The notes: generated by a model not told the origin, from the letters alone. 64,000 bases of DNA from Candidatus Omnitrophota bacterium (GCA_041650935.1 JBAZKH010000005.1:65574-129573); one strand, 5' to 3'. Numbered from the stretch's first letter, positions 17,782 through 28,319 are shown. Made by a program: numbers and translations.

Positions 17782-18828
17782 TTAGATGGCAAGGGTATTC
17801 CCGGTCCGGCGGCAAAAGACCAGGCAGGATGCCGTCCGGCTGACTCTGATATCTCCCGGGAGGTCGACGGCATTACCCTTCCTGCCGTATCTTATCAACG
17901 ACTCCACTTCTTTCCAATGCCTGAAAGAAAGCTTCTTCACCTCGCCGCCGCACCGGCCGAGGGAATCCCGTAATATCTCCTTCTGCAAAGCCTTCGGCTG
18001 AACCACGACGTCTTTTAGCTTTACCTCTACACCCGTTTCTTTCCGCCGCGCTATACCGCGAACACGCCGCTTCTCCTCCGATATGAATTCGAAGTCTTCT
18101 CTTAAATGCTCCGCGAGATTAAAAAGCCCTCTTTTAAGTTTCGGATTATACCTTTCCAGGAACGGCAGGATGCGGTTACGCACTATGTTGCGGAAATATA
18201 TAGGTTCACTGTTTGTGCTATCTATCCTGTAGCGAATGCCGTACCCGTCGAGATACCGGACGATCTCGCTCTTTTCGATCTCGATAAGCGGCCTTATGAT
18301 CCTGAAAGGTCCCTCCGCCCTGACGGGCGCGATACCGACGATACCTTTCAGGGACGCTCCTTTAATGAACCGCATCAGCACGGTCTCGGCCTGATCGTCG
18401 AGAGTGTGCCCGGTAGCGATAACGCCGGCACGCGCTTTTTTGGCCGAATCGGCAAAAAAACGATACCTCACCTGCCTGGCAAGCTCTTCCGTAGAGAGGC
18501 CCTTTACTTTTTTGGATGAAAGAAGAACCTTGCGCTGAATCAACTTAAGTCCCAACTTCGACGCATACTCTTTTACAAAACGCGAATCGGCCCGGGATTC
18601 TTTCCCGCGCAGGCCATGGTCTAGATTACCGACCACGATATCCTTCATGCCCAGCTTCCGCTTCAAACCTGCCAGGAGATGCAGAAGAAATACGGAGTCC
18701 GGCCCGCCGGAAACCGCGGCCAGGATAACGTCACCGGACTTAATCATTTCATAGTTACGGATGGTCTTCAGGGTCTTCTCGAATAAATCCTGCGGCGCTT
18801 TTTTTGGGCGGGGATCCTTAATAGCCAA
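17782..18828 (-). CDS. tilS: tRNA(Ile)-lysidine synthase.
   Basis: PP-loop motif SGGPDS near the N-terminus in a TilS-like context. Confidence 0.75.
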   Translation of the reverse strand: MAIKDPRPKKAPQDLFEKTLKTIRNYEMIKSGDVILAAVSGGPDSVFLLHLLAGLKRKLGMKDIVVGNLDHGLRGKESRADSRFVKEYASKLGLKLIQRKVLLSSKKVKGLSTEELARQVRYRFFADSAKKARAGVIATGHTLDDQAETVLMRFIKGASLKGIVGIAPVRAEGPFRIIRPLIEIEKSEIVRYLDGYGIRYRIDSTNSEPIYFRNIVRNRILPFLERYNPKLKRGLFNLAEHLREDFEFISEEKRRVRGIARRKETGVEVKLKDVVVQPKALQKEILRDSLGRCGGEVKKLSFRHWKEVESLIRYGRKGNAVDLPGDIRVSRTASCLVFCRRTGNTLAI

Positions 18829-19264
18829 GCAGTCCTCGTGCTTTAATTTTCTCCTCGTCTCCTTTTGTGGGAGTCCAGCGCTGGGCGCCTCCCATAGCGA
18901 CCGTTTTGGGCTTCGGCGGTTTGCCTATCTCCGCCCTGGCTTCTTCTTCGGCACGTTTTGCTGCGGCCCTTGTCTCTTCTCTTGCAGAAGCCCTGTTGGC
19001 GCGCGCCGCCGTAATAGCCTTATCGGTCTCTTTACGCTTTTCCTGCTCTTTCTTGGCGCGCTCCTCTATCCGGCCGATGTCAGGAATCGCATTCTCTGGT
19101 ATGGCAGGCGCGCTCGAGGGCGCCTCCACGATAGGCTCCGCAGGCACCGGCTGGACGGGGACAGGCACACTCTCTTTCATCAGCTCATTAAAGAAGAGAA
19201 AGGCCACCGTCAGGACTATAAGAATAATAACCACCGAACTAATAATAATGTTCTTACCTTTCAT
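18818..19264 (-). CDS. Hypothetical membrane-anchored Lys/Ala/Glu-rich protein.
   Basis: N-terminal TM followed by a low-complexity charged region. Co-oriented with its neighbours. Confidence 0.4.
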   Translation of the reverse strand: MKGKNIIISSVVIILIVLTVAFLFFNELMKESVPVPVQPVPAEPIVEAPSSAPAIPENAIPDIGRIEERAKKEQEKRKETDKAITAARANRASAREETRAAAKRAEEEARAEIGKPPKPKTVAMGGAQRWTPTKGDEEKIKARGLLGY

Positions 19265-19281
19265 CGCTTAAACATCCCCTA

Positions 19282-20586
19282 TCATAACTCCGACCATGTA
19301 ACTTTCCGGTAGAGTGTTCGGCCGTTCGCATCTTTAGCGACAGGAAAACAGACCGGCGCGGCGCTATACAACCTCTCATCGAATTCATAGTCCTTTGTAT
19401 ACCCGGTCTCCCTGTCGCCTGAACTGGAATTGAATGTCCCCACCGCGCCTCTATTGGACTGCGTTATCCCGCCGTACAGCGTCAATGTGCCTTTGAGCAG
19501 GTTATAATAAGTGAAATCGTCTATCTTGAAGGAATTATCTATCGCTACGATATACGCGTCGATCTCCAGGTTTTGCGTAGGCACAGTCGAGCTTATATAA
19601 ACATTGCTCTTAGCCACCAGCCCCAGCATGTCGGTCGACGAAGTATCCGTCCGCGGATCCGAGTTGTAGATAATATTACCTACGATATTGATATCGCTAT
19701 TGCACCCAAGCGTCACGGAACCTTTCAACGTACCGGAGACATCTACGCTCCCGCTGGAAACATAGATAAGGCCGTTTGCCGGTAAAGGAATATTCGGTAT
19801 AATAGCGCCATATTTGGCATAATTATAGACATTCATGGTGCCGTCCGACAGGAAAGTAACCTTGGTATAGCCGGAATAGGAATACGCCGATTGCACCGTA
19901 GTGGATATAGGGGTCAACATATTTGCGCTTGAAGGCATCTGTATACCGAGAGCACCGAGGGTAAGCGAATCCCTGAACTCGGGATTGTCGTCCGGCGCGC
20001 CGCCATGGTAATAGTTAATAGACGAATTGACGCTGGATACAGGGCCTTCGAATATCGGATCGCCGAAAATATTGAGCTGGTCATTCGTATGAAGCGGGCC
20101 TGTCAGAGTATCGCCCGTCACAAACCAGACAGGCTTTTTCCACCACCAGAACATAGAACTCTCGTTATTGGTCAAGTAGGCGAAGCTCGAGTACGACCTT
20201 TGCATAATGGTAATAGCGACCGTTCTCGAGATATTCTTATACTTCCCGGTAGTTTCTATGCGATAGGTTTCGAGAGTTCCTCCCGCAACCGGGGTCGTCG
20301 TGGTGATATAAGTACCCGAGTCGGTTCCGGATAATGTAAAACCGGCCTCCGGGAGTGTCCCGGTAATAACCGGATTCTCCGCGCGAAGGTCCATAAATCT
20401 TTTGGCGAGCCCGGCTTCGGCTATGTAATAGGCACGCATACCTCTTGTAATGGTATTGGCCGCCGCAAGATCATTATATGAGATAAGAAATAGCGCGGCC
20501 AGGCTCAATATCACAAGGGCGATGATGACCAGCGCAAATACGAGTATAAAGCCTTTCTGTTTACGCATAACCCCTATCGCTTTCAC
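19282..20586 (-). CDS. Large minor pseudopilin-like protein (GspK/PilX-like).
   Basis: Pseudopilin-like N-terminus RKQKGFILVFALVIIALV lacking Glu+5. The 434-aa size follows two prepilin-type genes. Confidence 0.45.
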   Translation of the reverse strand: MKAIGVMRKQKGFILVFALVIIALVILSLAALFLISYNDLAAANTITRGMRAYYIAEAGLAKRFMDLRAENPVITGTLPEAGFTLSGTDSGTYITTTTPVAGGTLETYRIETTGKYKNISRTVAITIMQRSYSSFAYLTNNESSMFWWWKKPVWFVTGDTLTGPLHTNDQLNIFGDPIFEGPVSSVNSSINYYHGGAPDDNPEFRDSLTLGALGIQMPSSANMLTPISTTVQSAYSYSGYTKVTFLSDGTMNVYNYAKYGAIIPNIPLPANGLIYVSSGSVDVSGTLKGSVTLGCNSDINIVGNIIYNSDPRTDTSSTDMLGLVAKSNVYISSTVPTQNLEIDAYIVAIDNSFKIDDFTYYNLLKGTLTLYGGITQSNRGAVGTFNSSSGDRETGYTKDYEFDERLYSAAPVCFPVAKDANGRTLYRKVTWSEL

Positions 20587-21128
20587 AGATTCCTTAAATT
20601 TATATACGTTGCAAGGGACCCTACAGAAGTCTTCCCGGAGACGTTTTTGGTAACGGCAAGATATATGGCTACCGTCTGGTTATCCAGGTATCCTGCCGGC
20701 TGCCAGAAACATAATGTTATGGCAGAGTTTGCCGGCGTGGTATATATTGTCTGCACATTGGGATTCTGCGTCGGGCTCTCATAAACTATACCTCCCGATG
20801 CAAGATAATATCTGCGCGTCTGACCGTCTGTGCCTACAAACTCCAGCCGCGTAATAGTCGCTATCGGCGCGGTAAAAGATACTGCCGATCGCTCACCATA
20901 ACGCACACCGCCCTCCTTCATCCCCTTTATCATCTTATCCATGACAAGGTTGACATCTCTCTGCAGCTGCTGTCCGTCCATACATGAAGCATAAAAAGTC
21001 TTCGCCATGACAAATACGCCGATAGCCGACATGAAGAATATGACTATTATCATCGACGAAACCAGTATCTCTGTAAGGGTATGCGCTCTTTTATCCAGCA
21101 TAATCATCCTAATTAGCCTGCGAGTCAC
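20583..21128 (-). CDS. Type IV pilin-like / pseudopilin (GspJ-like).
   Basis: N-terminal AHTLTEILVSSMIIVIFF prepilin-type methylation motif. Confidence 0.5.
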   Translation of the reverse strand: MTRRLIRMIMLDKRAHTLTEILVSSMIIVIFFMSAIGVFVMAKTFYASCMDGQQLQRDVNLVMDKMIKGMKEGGVRYGERSAVSFTAPIATITRLEFVGTDGQTRRYYLASGGIVYESPTQNPNVQTIYTTPANSAITLCFWQPAGYLDNQTVAIYLAVTKNVSGKTSVGSLATYINLRNL

Positions 21129-21576
21129 GCGCTATATAAGTAGCCGCATATTCACCAACCGTCTTCGACCTGCCGAAGAAAGACTCTCTCCATGTCACCT
21201 GGGCCAGCACCTTCTTATAATAAGTATCTGGCGTCGTTACCGTTACGATCAGCCTGGCGCCAAGCCGCGGATCGTCGGTAAAGTAGAGCGGCGTACCGTG
21301 TTCGTCGAGGCTCCATGCCTCGGACCGTCCCGGAGCTACGCCCGCGCCTTCCGGTTTCAGGGTTATATTGTAACTGCTAATACTACTAAAACTTTTTTTA
21401 CGGATATCTTCGATCGCCTTTTGGATCAGGTATTGCGCCTGCACTTTATGCTTTGCCAGTGAGCCGCTCGCGGCGCTTATGACCATTATATTGACCGCGG
21501 CAAGCCAGACTACCGCCAATAGACAGATCGATATAACGACTTCAGTTATGGTAAAGCCTCTTTTAGATGTTGGCAT
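21109..21576 (-). CDS. Prepilin-type N-terminal cleavage/methylation domain protein (GspI/H-like).
   Basis: KRGFTITEVVISICLL is a canonical GFTxxE prepilin motif. Confidence 0.6.
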   Translation of the reverse strand: MPTSKRGFTITEVVISICLLAVVWLAAVNIMVISAASGSLAKHKVQAQYLIQKAIEDIRKKSFSSISSYNITLKPEGAGVAPGRSEAWSLDEHGTPLYFTDDPRLGARLIVTVTTPDTYYKKVLAQVTWRESFFGRSKTVGEYAATYIARDSQAN

Positions 21577-23248
21577 GGCTCCTCGATCCGCCTATCTCTA
21601 TCTCTTCGTCAATTTCGAAGTTCTTCTGAAAATCAGGATCTCCCGTAAGCTCCGGCGCCTTGAACTGGCCGTCATGCGCGCCCTGCTCTATCCTCTTCTT
21701 GCGGTAACGCTCGAAAGAACCTTCCTTGACGACCTTTAAAGCCGGGGCGGACAGAATCCCCTCATTCCTGAGATCATTATACTCCCGGTTCTCGAGACGC
21801 AGGCCTTCTTCTATGGCCGCGAGCAGTGATCTCCTCTGTTCAAATGTCGTCTTCGTATCGAATTCTACCAGAAAAACATACCTGCCGGGCGTAGCCGGCT
21901 CTATCGTGGCTGAAAAAAACTTTAACAGGAGACTGCCCTTCTCTACCGCCCGCAGGACAGCCGCGTTCACCTGGGCCTCATAAACCTTTTCCCCGGTAAG
22001 CGATACCGCATTTTTGCCCTTCTGGACAAACTCTATTACCGGTGTCTTGTTGAAAAAACCATCCACCGTAATTATATCATCGATATTATAGCGATACAAG
22101 CCTCCCGGCGTTGTCACTATCAGAAAATAGTCTTTGCCGGTCTCAAGCTCATCGCAAAGCAGGAAGCGCGGATCCTCCCGCCCTATATCCTCTTTCGGGA
22201 TAAATTCATAGAAATTAGTATCTATCGCCAGGACACCCTCTGCGCCTTTGTCGCTTAACGGGATTGAACTGCGCGCCTCGGTCGAGAGACACCCGAAGTC
22301 CCTTACCGGGACATCCCCGAAATACTGCGGAAGTTCCTTAAGATACAACTTCACCGTTCCACCCTTCCAGCATTCGATTAGGGCCAGGCCCGGCCAAAAG
22401 TCCTTCGGTAACAAGGCTTTCTTCTCCCCGAGTATGCGCCTTAACGCTTTTGCCCGGGCCGCGTTCGGCTTGAGATGCCTCACCAGAAGACCCCGGACGG
22501 AATCCGGTATATTAAAACCCGCGTTTAGCGTTCCTTTTTCTATATCGTCGATTATAAGATCCTGCCACTGAGCTATCTTCTGGCACAACAGGACTATCGC
22601 GCTGGGATTGAGCGCGGCCAGAGTAGATATATTCGCCTCCATGCCCAGGCGTAATATGCAGTAGTATCGCGCGGCATAATCCGGGATAGTAAATACTTCG
22701 TAAGGGATAGCATACATCTGCCTCACGAAAAAAGGCAGGTTCTTATAAGCGTGCCCGCTCTCTGCTCCGTAGGAGACGCCTGATTCCGTAACGCCCTCAG
22801 TATCCGGGCTTATCATCGCAAGCACTTTTCCCCGCAAAATTTCCGGGTGGTCTGTCAGGATGTAGTATGACCAGAGTGCCAGCAGATCGGCTTTCTTCTG
22901 ACGGGAATAAGCGGTAACGGGGATATATTTAGGTTTGTCGGTAGTACCGCTGGTAACGCCGAAAAATGCGGTCTTGTCGACGGTAAGGATATTCTCTTCG
23001 CCTCTCATCATTCTATCGACATACGGGCGTATCCGTTCGCAGTCGATCAGCGGGACCTGCCGCTGATAATCCGCAACCGTGGTTATGCCGGCAAAATTAT
23101 GTTCTTTGCCGTATGCGGTATCCTTATTGCGCCGCAGATATTCCAGCAGAACTCTCCGCTGGATTGCGATGGGATCCTTTGTAGCATCTTCGAACGCCCG
23201 CGCTCTCGGTTCCAGCAATTTTACGGCAATCCGCGCTATCAGTGACAT
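21563..23248 (-). CDS. GH3 family (auxin-responsive-promoter-like) acyl-adenylate-forming protein.
   Basis: FFGVTSGTTDKPKYIP adenylation motif. The length and overall pattern match the bacterial GH3 family. Confidence 0.6.
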   Translation of the reverse strand: MSLIARIAVKLLEPRARAFEDATKDPIAIQRRVLLEYLRRNKDTAYGKEHNFAGITTVADYQRQVPLIDCERIRPYVDRMMRGEENILTVDKTAFFGVTSGTTDKPKYIPVTAYSRQKKADLLALWSYYILTDHPEILRGKVLAMISPDTEGVTESGVSYGAESGHAYKNLPFFVRQMYAIPYEVFTIPDYAARYYCILRLGMEANISTLAALNPSAIVLLCQKIAQWQDLIIDDIEKGTLNAGFNIPDSVRGLLVRHLKPNAARAKALRRILGEKKALLPKDFWPGLALIECWKGGTVKLYLKELPQYFGDVPVRDFGCLSTEARSSIPLSDKGAEGVLAIDTNFYEFIPKEDIGREDPRFLLCDELETGKDYFLIVTTPGGLYRYNIDDIITVDGFFNKTPVIEFVQKGKNAVSLTGEKVYEAQVNAAVLRAVEKGSLLLKFFSATIEPATPGRYVFLVEFDTKTTFEQRRSLLAAIEEGLRLENREYNDLRNEGILSAPALKVVKEGSFERYRKKRIEQGAHDGQFKAPELTGDPDFQKNFEIDEEIEIGGSRSHANI

Positions 23249-23271
23249 AGTATACCTTTAAAAAAGCAGAA

Positions 23272-23348
23272 TGGTAGCGGGGATAGGATTTGAACCTATG
23301 ACACGCCGGGTATGAGCCGACTGCTCTGCCAGACTGAGCTACCCCGCC
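23272..23348 (-). tRNA. tRNA-Met (anticodon CAT); elongator, initiator or Ile2 identity unresolved.
   Basis: Reverse complement is GGCGGGGTAGCTCAGTCTGGCAGAGCAGTCGGCTCATACCCGGCGTGTCATAGGTTCAAATCCTATCCCCGCTACCA. Confidence 0.85.
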
Positions 23349-23450
23349 GAATAACATCTATGAATTACATCAACTTTTGCGTATTATATCACAGCTGTTT
23401 CTTTTGTAAAAGTTAAAATAGAGAGTTTGCACCTGGCGCGATCTTCACTT

Positions 23451-24248
23451 TCATTTTGCGACACCCTCGTGCATACTACCGGTCCTGTATCCTGCCAGAT
23501 CCAGCGTAATATATACAAAGCCGAGTTTGCGCAATTTTTTGGCTATCATCCACCTCGCCTTAACTGCTTTAAGTATATCTTTCCCGGAAAGTTCCAGCCG
23601 CGCGATGTTGCCGTGAACCCTCACCCTTACCTGCTTGAAGCCGAGCTTACGCAAGCACCCTTCCGCGCTATCGATTCGCCGCAGATCCTCCCGCGATATG
23701 GCGCTGTTAAACGGGATCCGTGAGGCAAGACATGCGAAACTCGGTTTATCCCACGTCGGAAGACCTAGACGTTTCGAAAACCTTCTTATATCCGGCTTTG
23801 TCATCTTTGCTTCGAGGAGCGGGCTCTTTACGCCGAGCTCGCGCGCAGCCTTGCGGCCGTAGCGTATATCCTTTAAATCATCGTAATTCGTCCCGTCTAG
23901 CAGATACCTGAACCCAGCTTTGCGTCTTATACCGTCCAGCTTCTTAAAGAGCTCTTTCTTGCAGTAATAGCACCTATTGACGGGATTCGTCCTGAAATTC
24001 TCCAGTTCAAACTCATCCGTATGTATAATCTCCTGCCTGGCGCCTATCTTCTTTGCGGTCTTAACGGCTTCCTTGTATTCCGCTTCCGGATATGTCTCGG
24101 ACCGGGCGGTTACGGCAATGACATTACCGCGCCCCAGCACATCAAGCGCCGCTTTCAGGAGGAACGTGCTGTCAAGCCCGCCGGAGTACGCCACCACTAC
24201 GCTCTCAAGTTCTTTCAAAACAGCCCTTAATCTCTCAATCTTACCCAT
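23451..24248 (-). CDS. PP-loop superfamily ATP pyrophosphatase (TIGR00268 / LarE-like).
   Basis: The motifs VVVAYSGGLDST and CYYCKKELF are typical of this family. Confidence 0.65.
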   Translation of the reverse strand: MGKIERLRAVLKELESVVVAYSGGLDSTFLLKAALDVLGRGNVIAVTARSETYPEAEYKEAVKTAKKIGARQEIIHTDEFELENFRTNPVNRCYYCKKELFKKLDGIRRKAGFRYLLDGTNYDDLKDIRYGRKAARELGVKSPLLEAKMTKPDIRRFSKRLGLPTWDKPSFACLASRIPFNSAISREDLRRIDSAEGCLRKLGFKQVRVRVHGNIARLELSGKDILKAVKARWMIAKKLRKLGFVYITLDLAGYRTGSMHEGVAK

Positions 24249-24294
24249 CCCATCTCCCCAGCAAAATTTTTCGATTCCTTAGCGGAACGAAAAA

Positions 24295-25389
24295 TTATTG
24301 TGCCCCGCTGATCCATCCCCCGCCCACAACCGTATCGCGATCGTAAAATACGACCGCCTGTCCCGGCGTCGGAGCGGCCTGAGGCTTCTCGAAATCAACC
24401 CTTACGGAATCTTTCCCTGCCGGCGTAACCACGGAGCGCGCCTTCCTGTGATTATACCGTATGCGCGCCGTAACCTTCATCGGCCGCACTATCCCGTCAA
24501 CGGCTATCCAGTTCATCCTTTCGGCGACAAGGCTTTTTTTGAGCGTCTCCGCCCTGGGCCCAGCGACAATACGATTTTCCTTAACGTCTATCGCGGTAAC
24601 ATAAAGCGGCTCCTTATACGCGATCCCCAAGCCGCGGCGCTGTCCGATGGTATAGAAAGGTATCCCTTTGTGCCGTCCCAAAACCCTTCCGCTGCTATCG
24701 ACTATATCACCCGGGACTATCTCGAGGCCGGTCCGCTTCCTTATATATTCGGCGTAATCGAGGTCCTGGATAAAGCATATATCCTGGCTGGAAACGGTGT
24801 CAAACGTCCTCAATTTCATCCTCCGCGCCAACCGCCTCGCCTTATCCTTGGTAATATCGCCTAAAGGAAACAGGGCGCTCTTCAGCTGTTCCTGCGACAG
24901 GTTGAACAAAAAATACGACTGATCCTTATTCCTGTCACGCCCCTCCTTCAACAGGTATCTGCCCCTCCGCTTATCATAAACGCATTTGGCATAATGGCCG
25001 GTCGCGACGGCTGAGGCGCCCAGGGACCTCGCCTTTTCAAGGAGCATTCCGAATTTTATCCGTGCGTTGCATACAATGCACGGGTTCGGCGTAAGGCCTT
25101 TCAGATATTCCGCGCAGAAATAATCTATAACCTCTCTCTTAAACTCCGCGCTGTAATCGACGACATAATATGGTATGCCCAATTCTCCGGCAACCGCCCT
25201 CGCGCGCGTCACGGCCTCGAGACTGCAGCACGACTTCTCGCGGCTCGAGCCGCACTCTTCCTTCGGCCACATCCTGAATGTAACACCGACGACGTCGAAA
25301 CCCGCCTTTTTTAGAAGCGCCGCGGCAACGGACGAATCTACGCCCCCGCTCATCGCGGCAACGACACGCTCACTTTTTCGCTTTGCCAT
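24295..25389 (-). CDS. mnmA: tRNA-specific 2-thiouridylase.
   Basis: Motif AAMSGGVDSSVAAALL and overall MnmA architecture. Confidence 0.85.
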   Translation of the reverse strand: MAKRKSERVVAAMSGGVDSSVAAALLKKAGFDVVGVTFRMWPKEECGSSREKSCCSLEAVTRARAVAGELGIPYYVVDYSAEFKREVIDYFCAEYLKGLTPNPCIVCNARIKFGMLLEKARSLGASAVATGHYAKCVYDKRRGRYLLKEGRDRNKDQSYFLFNLSQEQLKSALFPLGDITKDKARRLARRMKLRTFDTVSSQDICFIQDLDYAEYIRKRTGLEIVPGDIVDSSGRVLGRHKGIPFYTIGQRRGLGIAYKEPLYVTAIDVKENRIVAGPRAETLKKSLVAERMNWIAVDGIVRPMKVTARIRYNHRKARSVVTPAGKDSVRVDFEKPQAAPTPGQAVVFYDRDTVVGGGWISGAQ

Positions 25390-26410
25390 ACTGTTCCTTG
25401 AACCCGCCGGACATGCCGACTTTCAGCGAACCGTTCTCCTGCCTTATGACAAGCGTATCCAGCGCAAGCGAATCTGCAACCGTAAGCGCATCCGCCCCAG
25501 ACACACAGAGCGCCGTCGCGAATGCGTCCGCCGCTACCGGATCATCCGAAACTACCGTAACGCTGACGACGCCGTTATCGACGGGCCACCCGGTCCTCGG
25601 ATCGATTATATGAGAATATTTCTTGCCGCCCAGCATGAAAAATTTCTCGTAATCTCCGGAGGTATCTATTGCCTGATTCTTTAACCGGAGCGCGGCAAAG
25701 AGTTTCTTGTCATCCCGCGGATGCTGAATGCCTACCTTCCACATTTCGTTCTCCGACCTCATACCCAGACAATAGATGTCCCCGCCCGACCCTGCGAGCG
25801 CGGCTTTTATGCCGTTTGCCTTCAGCACCGCCACCGCCCTTCCGGTCGCATATCCCTTCGCGATACCGCCAAGGTCGAGGGCCATACCGTCTACTTCAAA
25901 TGTAATGGTGCTGTTATCTTTATCCAGCAGAAGGTGCCGGAAGCCTACCTTTTTCAGGGCAAGTTCTATACTCGCCCGGGACGGCAGTTTCTCCATTTTA
26001 CCGGCCTCGCCCCAGAGATCGACAAGCGGCTTAACCGTTATATCGAATGCGCCGTTAGTCTTCATGGAGCAGTCGATCGAACGCTCAATGAGACCGAATA
26101 CCTCACCGGAGACCTTTACCGCCTCACCGGCCTTACGGGCGTTTATCCGCGACACTTCGCTCTCTTTACTGTAAACGCTCAAAAGCGCTTCCAGCCGGGA
26201 GATCTCTTCAAACGCCTTATCCATCGCTTGACGGGCGGAGAGCTCATCCTGGGCTCCGGAAACAGGAATCTGTATACGCACTTCCGTTCCCATCATAAGA
26301 CGCGTATCTTCGATGAGGCGCGCGGCGCCGCCGGCGAACAGGGCCGAATCCCCGCTTATTACAAGAAGGACCGCGGCCAGAAAAAACACGGTTATAGTTT
26401 TTGGGGTCAT
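25370..26410 (-). CDS. apbE: FAD:protein FMN transferase (ApbE family), with signal peptide.
   Basis: ApbE motifs DLGGIAKGYA and GDYEKFF. Confidence 0.8.
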   Translation of the reverse strand: MTPKTITVFFLAAVLLVISGDSALFAGGAARLIEDTRLMMGTEVRIQIPVSGAQDELSARQAMDKAFEEISRLEALLSVYSKESEVSRINARKAGEAVKVSGEVFGLIERSIDCSMKTNGAFDITVKPLVDLWGEAGKMEKLPSRASIELALKKVGFRHLLLDKDNSTITFEVDGMALDLGGIAKGYATGRAVAVLKANGIKAALAGSGGDIYCLGMRSENEMWKVGIQHPRDDKKLFAALRLKNQAIDTSGDYEKFFMLGGKKYSHIIDPRTGWPVDNGVVSVTVVSDDPVAADAFATALCVSGADALTVADSLALDTLVIRQENGSLKVGMSGGFKEQYGKAKK

Positions 26411-27501
26411 TTCAGGTTGGCGAGGACCTTATCGATATCTACATATTTTTCGACCATATCCACTATGATCTTGATCTTATCCGTATCCTGCGGCTTCAGT
26501 TTCACTACCATCGAATTTACGCGGGCGGCTATTTTATACGTGTCCTCTTTAGTTATCAATACCGCTATTCCCGACTTTTCCAGGGATTCCATACTCTTTT
26601 TTTCGGGCATGATACCGCCGCTCAAGATCACACCCGAGACCTTACAGCCTTTCTTTACCTTGCCAGAATTTACCTTGCAAATTACCTCGATCATATCATC
26701 CCTATCGCCGGGTATTATCATAAGGAGATTATTCTGTAAGAATTCCAGGGCATCCTTCACGTTCATCGCCCCGATCAGGACATTCTCCACCGGCGCGTCC
26801 ATGCTCTCGCCCTTAAAGAGCATATTTACCTTCAGCTCTTCCTGTATTTCGCGCATCGTAGGTATGTCCAGGATCTTCCGGTACGGGAGAACGCCGAATA
26901 CGTCCAGCGACTTTTGGGTCAGCCCGGCCCTGACTATACGGGAAATTTTATCGTACTTCTCAGGCAGGACCTTGTTGACTATAACCCCCGCGAGATGGAC
27001 CCCCTCCCTGTCGAGCAGAGCTTTGTTCAGCATTACCTCATCTATCGGTTTGCCCACACCGCCCGATGATATGAGTATCACGTTAGCGTCCAGGATCATC
27101 GCGACCGTCGCGTTAGAAAGATTAAAGACGCTCCCCACGCCCGCATGCCCCGTCCCTTCGATTATGACAAGGTCGTTCTCCTGCGCGATTTTATCGTAGG
27201 CATCCTTGATTATCCCGGCATAATCTTCATCGGCGCCCTTTTCTATAAAACGCTCGGTGAACCCTTTCTCGATCGCAACCGGCGACATATCTTTAATGTT
27301 ACATTTTATTCCGAAAACTTCTTCTATGAGGACCGAGTCCTCATCGACTTTATAGCCCTGCTCCATAAGATAACGCTGACCTATCGGCTTGATAAAGCCT
27401 ATGCGTTCAAAATGTTTCTTGAACGCAGCTATAAGCCCGAGCGAAACGGTCGTCTTGCCGTCATTCTGCTGTGTCGCAGCTATAAAAATTTTCTTTGCCA
27501 T
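26407..27501 (-). CDS. Stand-alone phosphotransacetylase N-terminal-like protein (BioD/CobQ-like P-loop plus DRTGG domain).
   Basis: IFIAATQQNDGKTTVSLGL P-loop and DRTGG-like central region. Confidence 0.6.
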   Translation of the reverse strand: MAKKIFIAATQQNDGKTTVSLGLIAAFKKHFERIGFIKPIGQRYLMEQGYKVDEDSVLIEEVFGIKCNIKDMSPVAIEKGFTERFIEKGADEDYAGIIKDAYDKIAQENDLVIIEGTGHAGVGSVFNLSNATVAMILDANVILISSGGVGKPIDEVMLNKALLDREGVHLAGVIVNKVLPEKYDKISRIVRAGLTQKSLDVFGVLPYRKILDIPTMREIQEELKVNMLFKGESMDAPVENVLIGAMNVKDALEFLQNNLLMIIPGDRDDMIEVICKVNSGKVKKGCKVSGVILSGGIMPEKKSMESLEKSGIAVLITKEDTYKIAARVNSMVVKLKPQDTDKIKIIVDMVEKYVDIDKVLANLK

Positions 27502-27503
27502 AT

Positions 27504-28319
27504 TTATATTAGTTTGCCTTCGCGGAAAGCGCGGATGTACCCGGCACAGTACTCGTCCTTATTGAGAAGCGCTCCGGAGGAGCACAGGGCCGAAATTATA
27601 TGCTTATCGAGCGGGTCGAGGATCGCCGCATCCAGTCCGGCTTGCATTGCCATTACGAGGAATACCGCGTTAATGAGCCTGCGGTTTGGCAGGCCATAAG
27701 ATACATTCGACAACCCGCAGACAGTCTTTGCTCCTCCTAAATCCTTTATGAGCGGGATCGATCTCAGGAACTCCAGCGCCTGGTCCGGTTCCGTCGCGAT
27801 CGGTCTTATCAGCGGATCGAAGTAGAGATTGGAGACATCGAAGCCCGCGGATTTTACGCGCTCATATATCCGCCTGGCCGCCTCGAACCTGCCGCCTGCG
27901 GTATTGGGCATACCTTTTTCATCCATGGTAAGTGCTATCAATTTCGCATTATGCTTAATTGCCAGGGGAAGTATCGATCCTATCCTGGCCTCATCGCCGC
28001 TTATAGAATTTATCATCAGGCCGCCTTTCGAGCGATATGCCTTCAGGGCCGCCTCGATCGCAAGGTAGTTCGGGCTGTCTATGCAGATATTCGCATCGCT
28101 CACCTCGCTCTGTATTACACTTAAGACCCAATCCATATCCTGCAGTTCGCTGCCGGAAGTAACCGCGCAGTTTACATCGATATACTCCGCTCCGGAGGCG
28201 GCCTGGGAACGCGCCATCTCCGCCACCATTGAAGCGTTCCTCGCCCCGATGGCCTCTTTCACTTTTTGCCTTGTCGAATTTATCCTCTCGCCCACTATAA
28301 GCATAAATTTACTCCGCAT
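27504..28319 (-). CDS. Pterin-binding methyltransferase, AcsE-like paralog (methyl-THF:corrinoid protein).
   Basis: MLIVGERINSTRQKV matches the AcsE/MtrH N-terminus. Confidence 0.65.
   Translation of the reverse strand: MRSKFMLIVGERINSTRQKVKEAIGARNASMVAEMARSQAASGAEYIDVNCAVTSGSELQDMDWVLSVIQSEVSDANICIDSPNYLAIEAALKAYRSKGGLMINSISGDEARIGSILPLAIKHNAKLIALTMDEKGMPNTAGGRFEAARRIYERVKSAGFDVSNLYFDPLIRPIATEPDQALEFLRSIPLIKDLGGAKTVCGLSNVSYGLPNRRLINAVFLVMAMQAGLDAAILDPLDKHIISALCSSGALLNKDEYCAGYIRAFREGKLI

Noticed and set aside
18761-19312. 183-aa plus-strand ORF.
   Set aside because: It overlaps the tilS end and the co-oriented 148-aa minus-strand gene. Its composition is Arg/Cys-rich without features.
25721-27199. 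492-aa plus-strand ORF.
   Set aside because: It is antisense to apbE and the Pta-N-like gene. It has low-complexity Ser/Arg/Pro-rich composition with no motifs, typical of a spurious ORF in GC-rich DNA.
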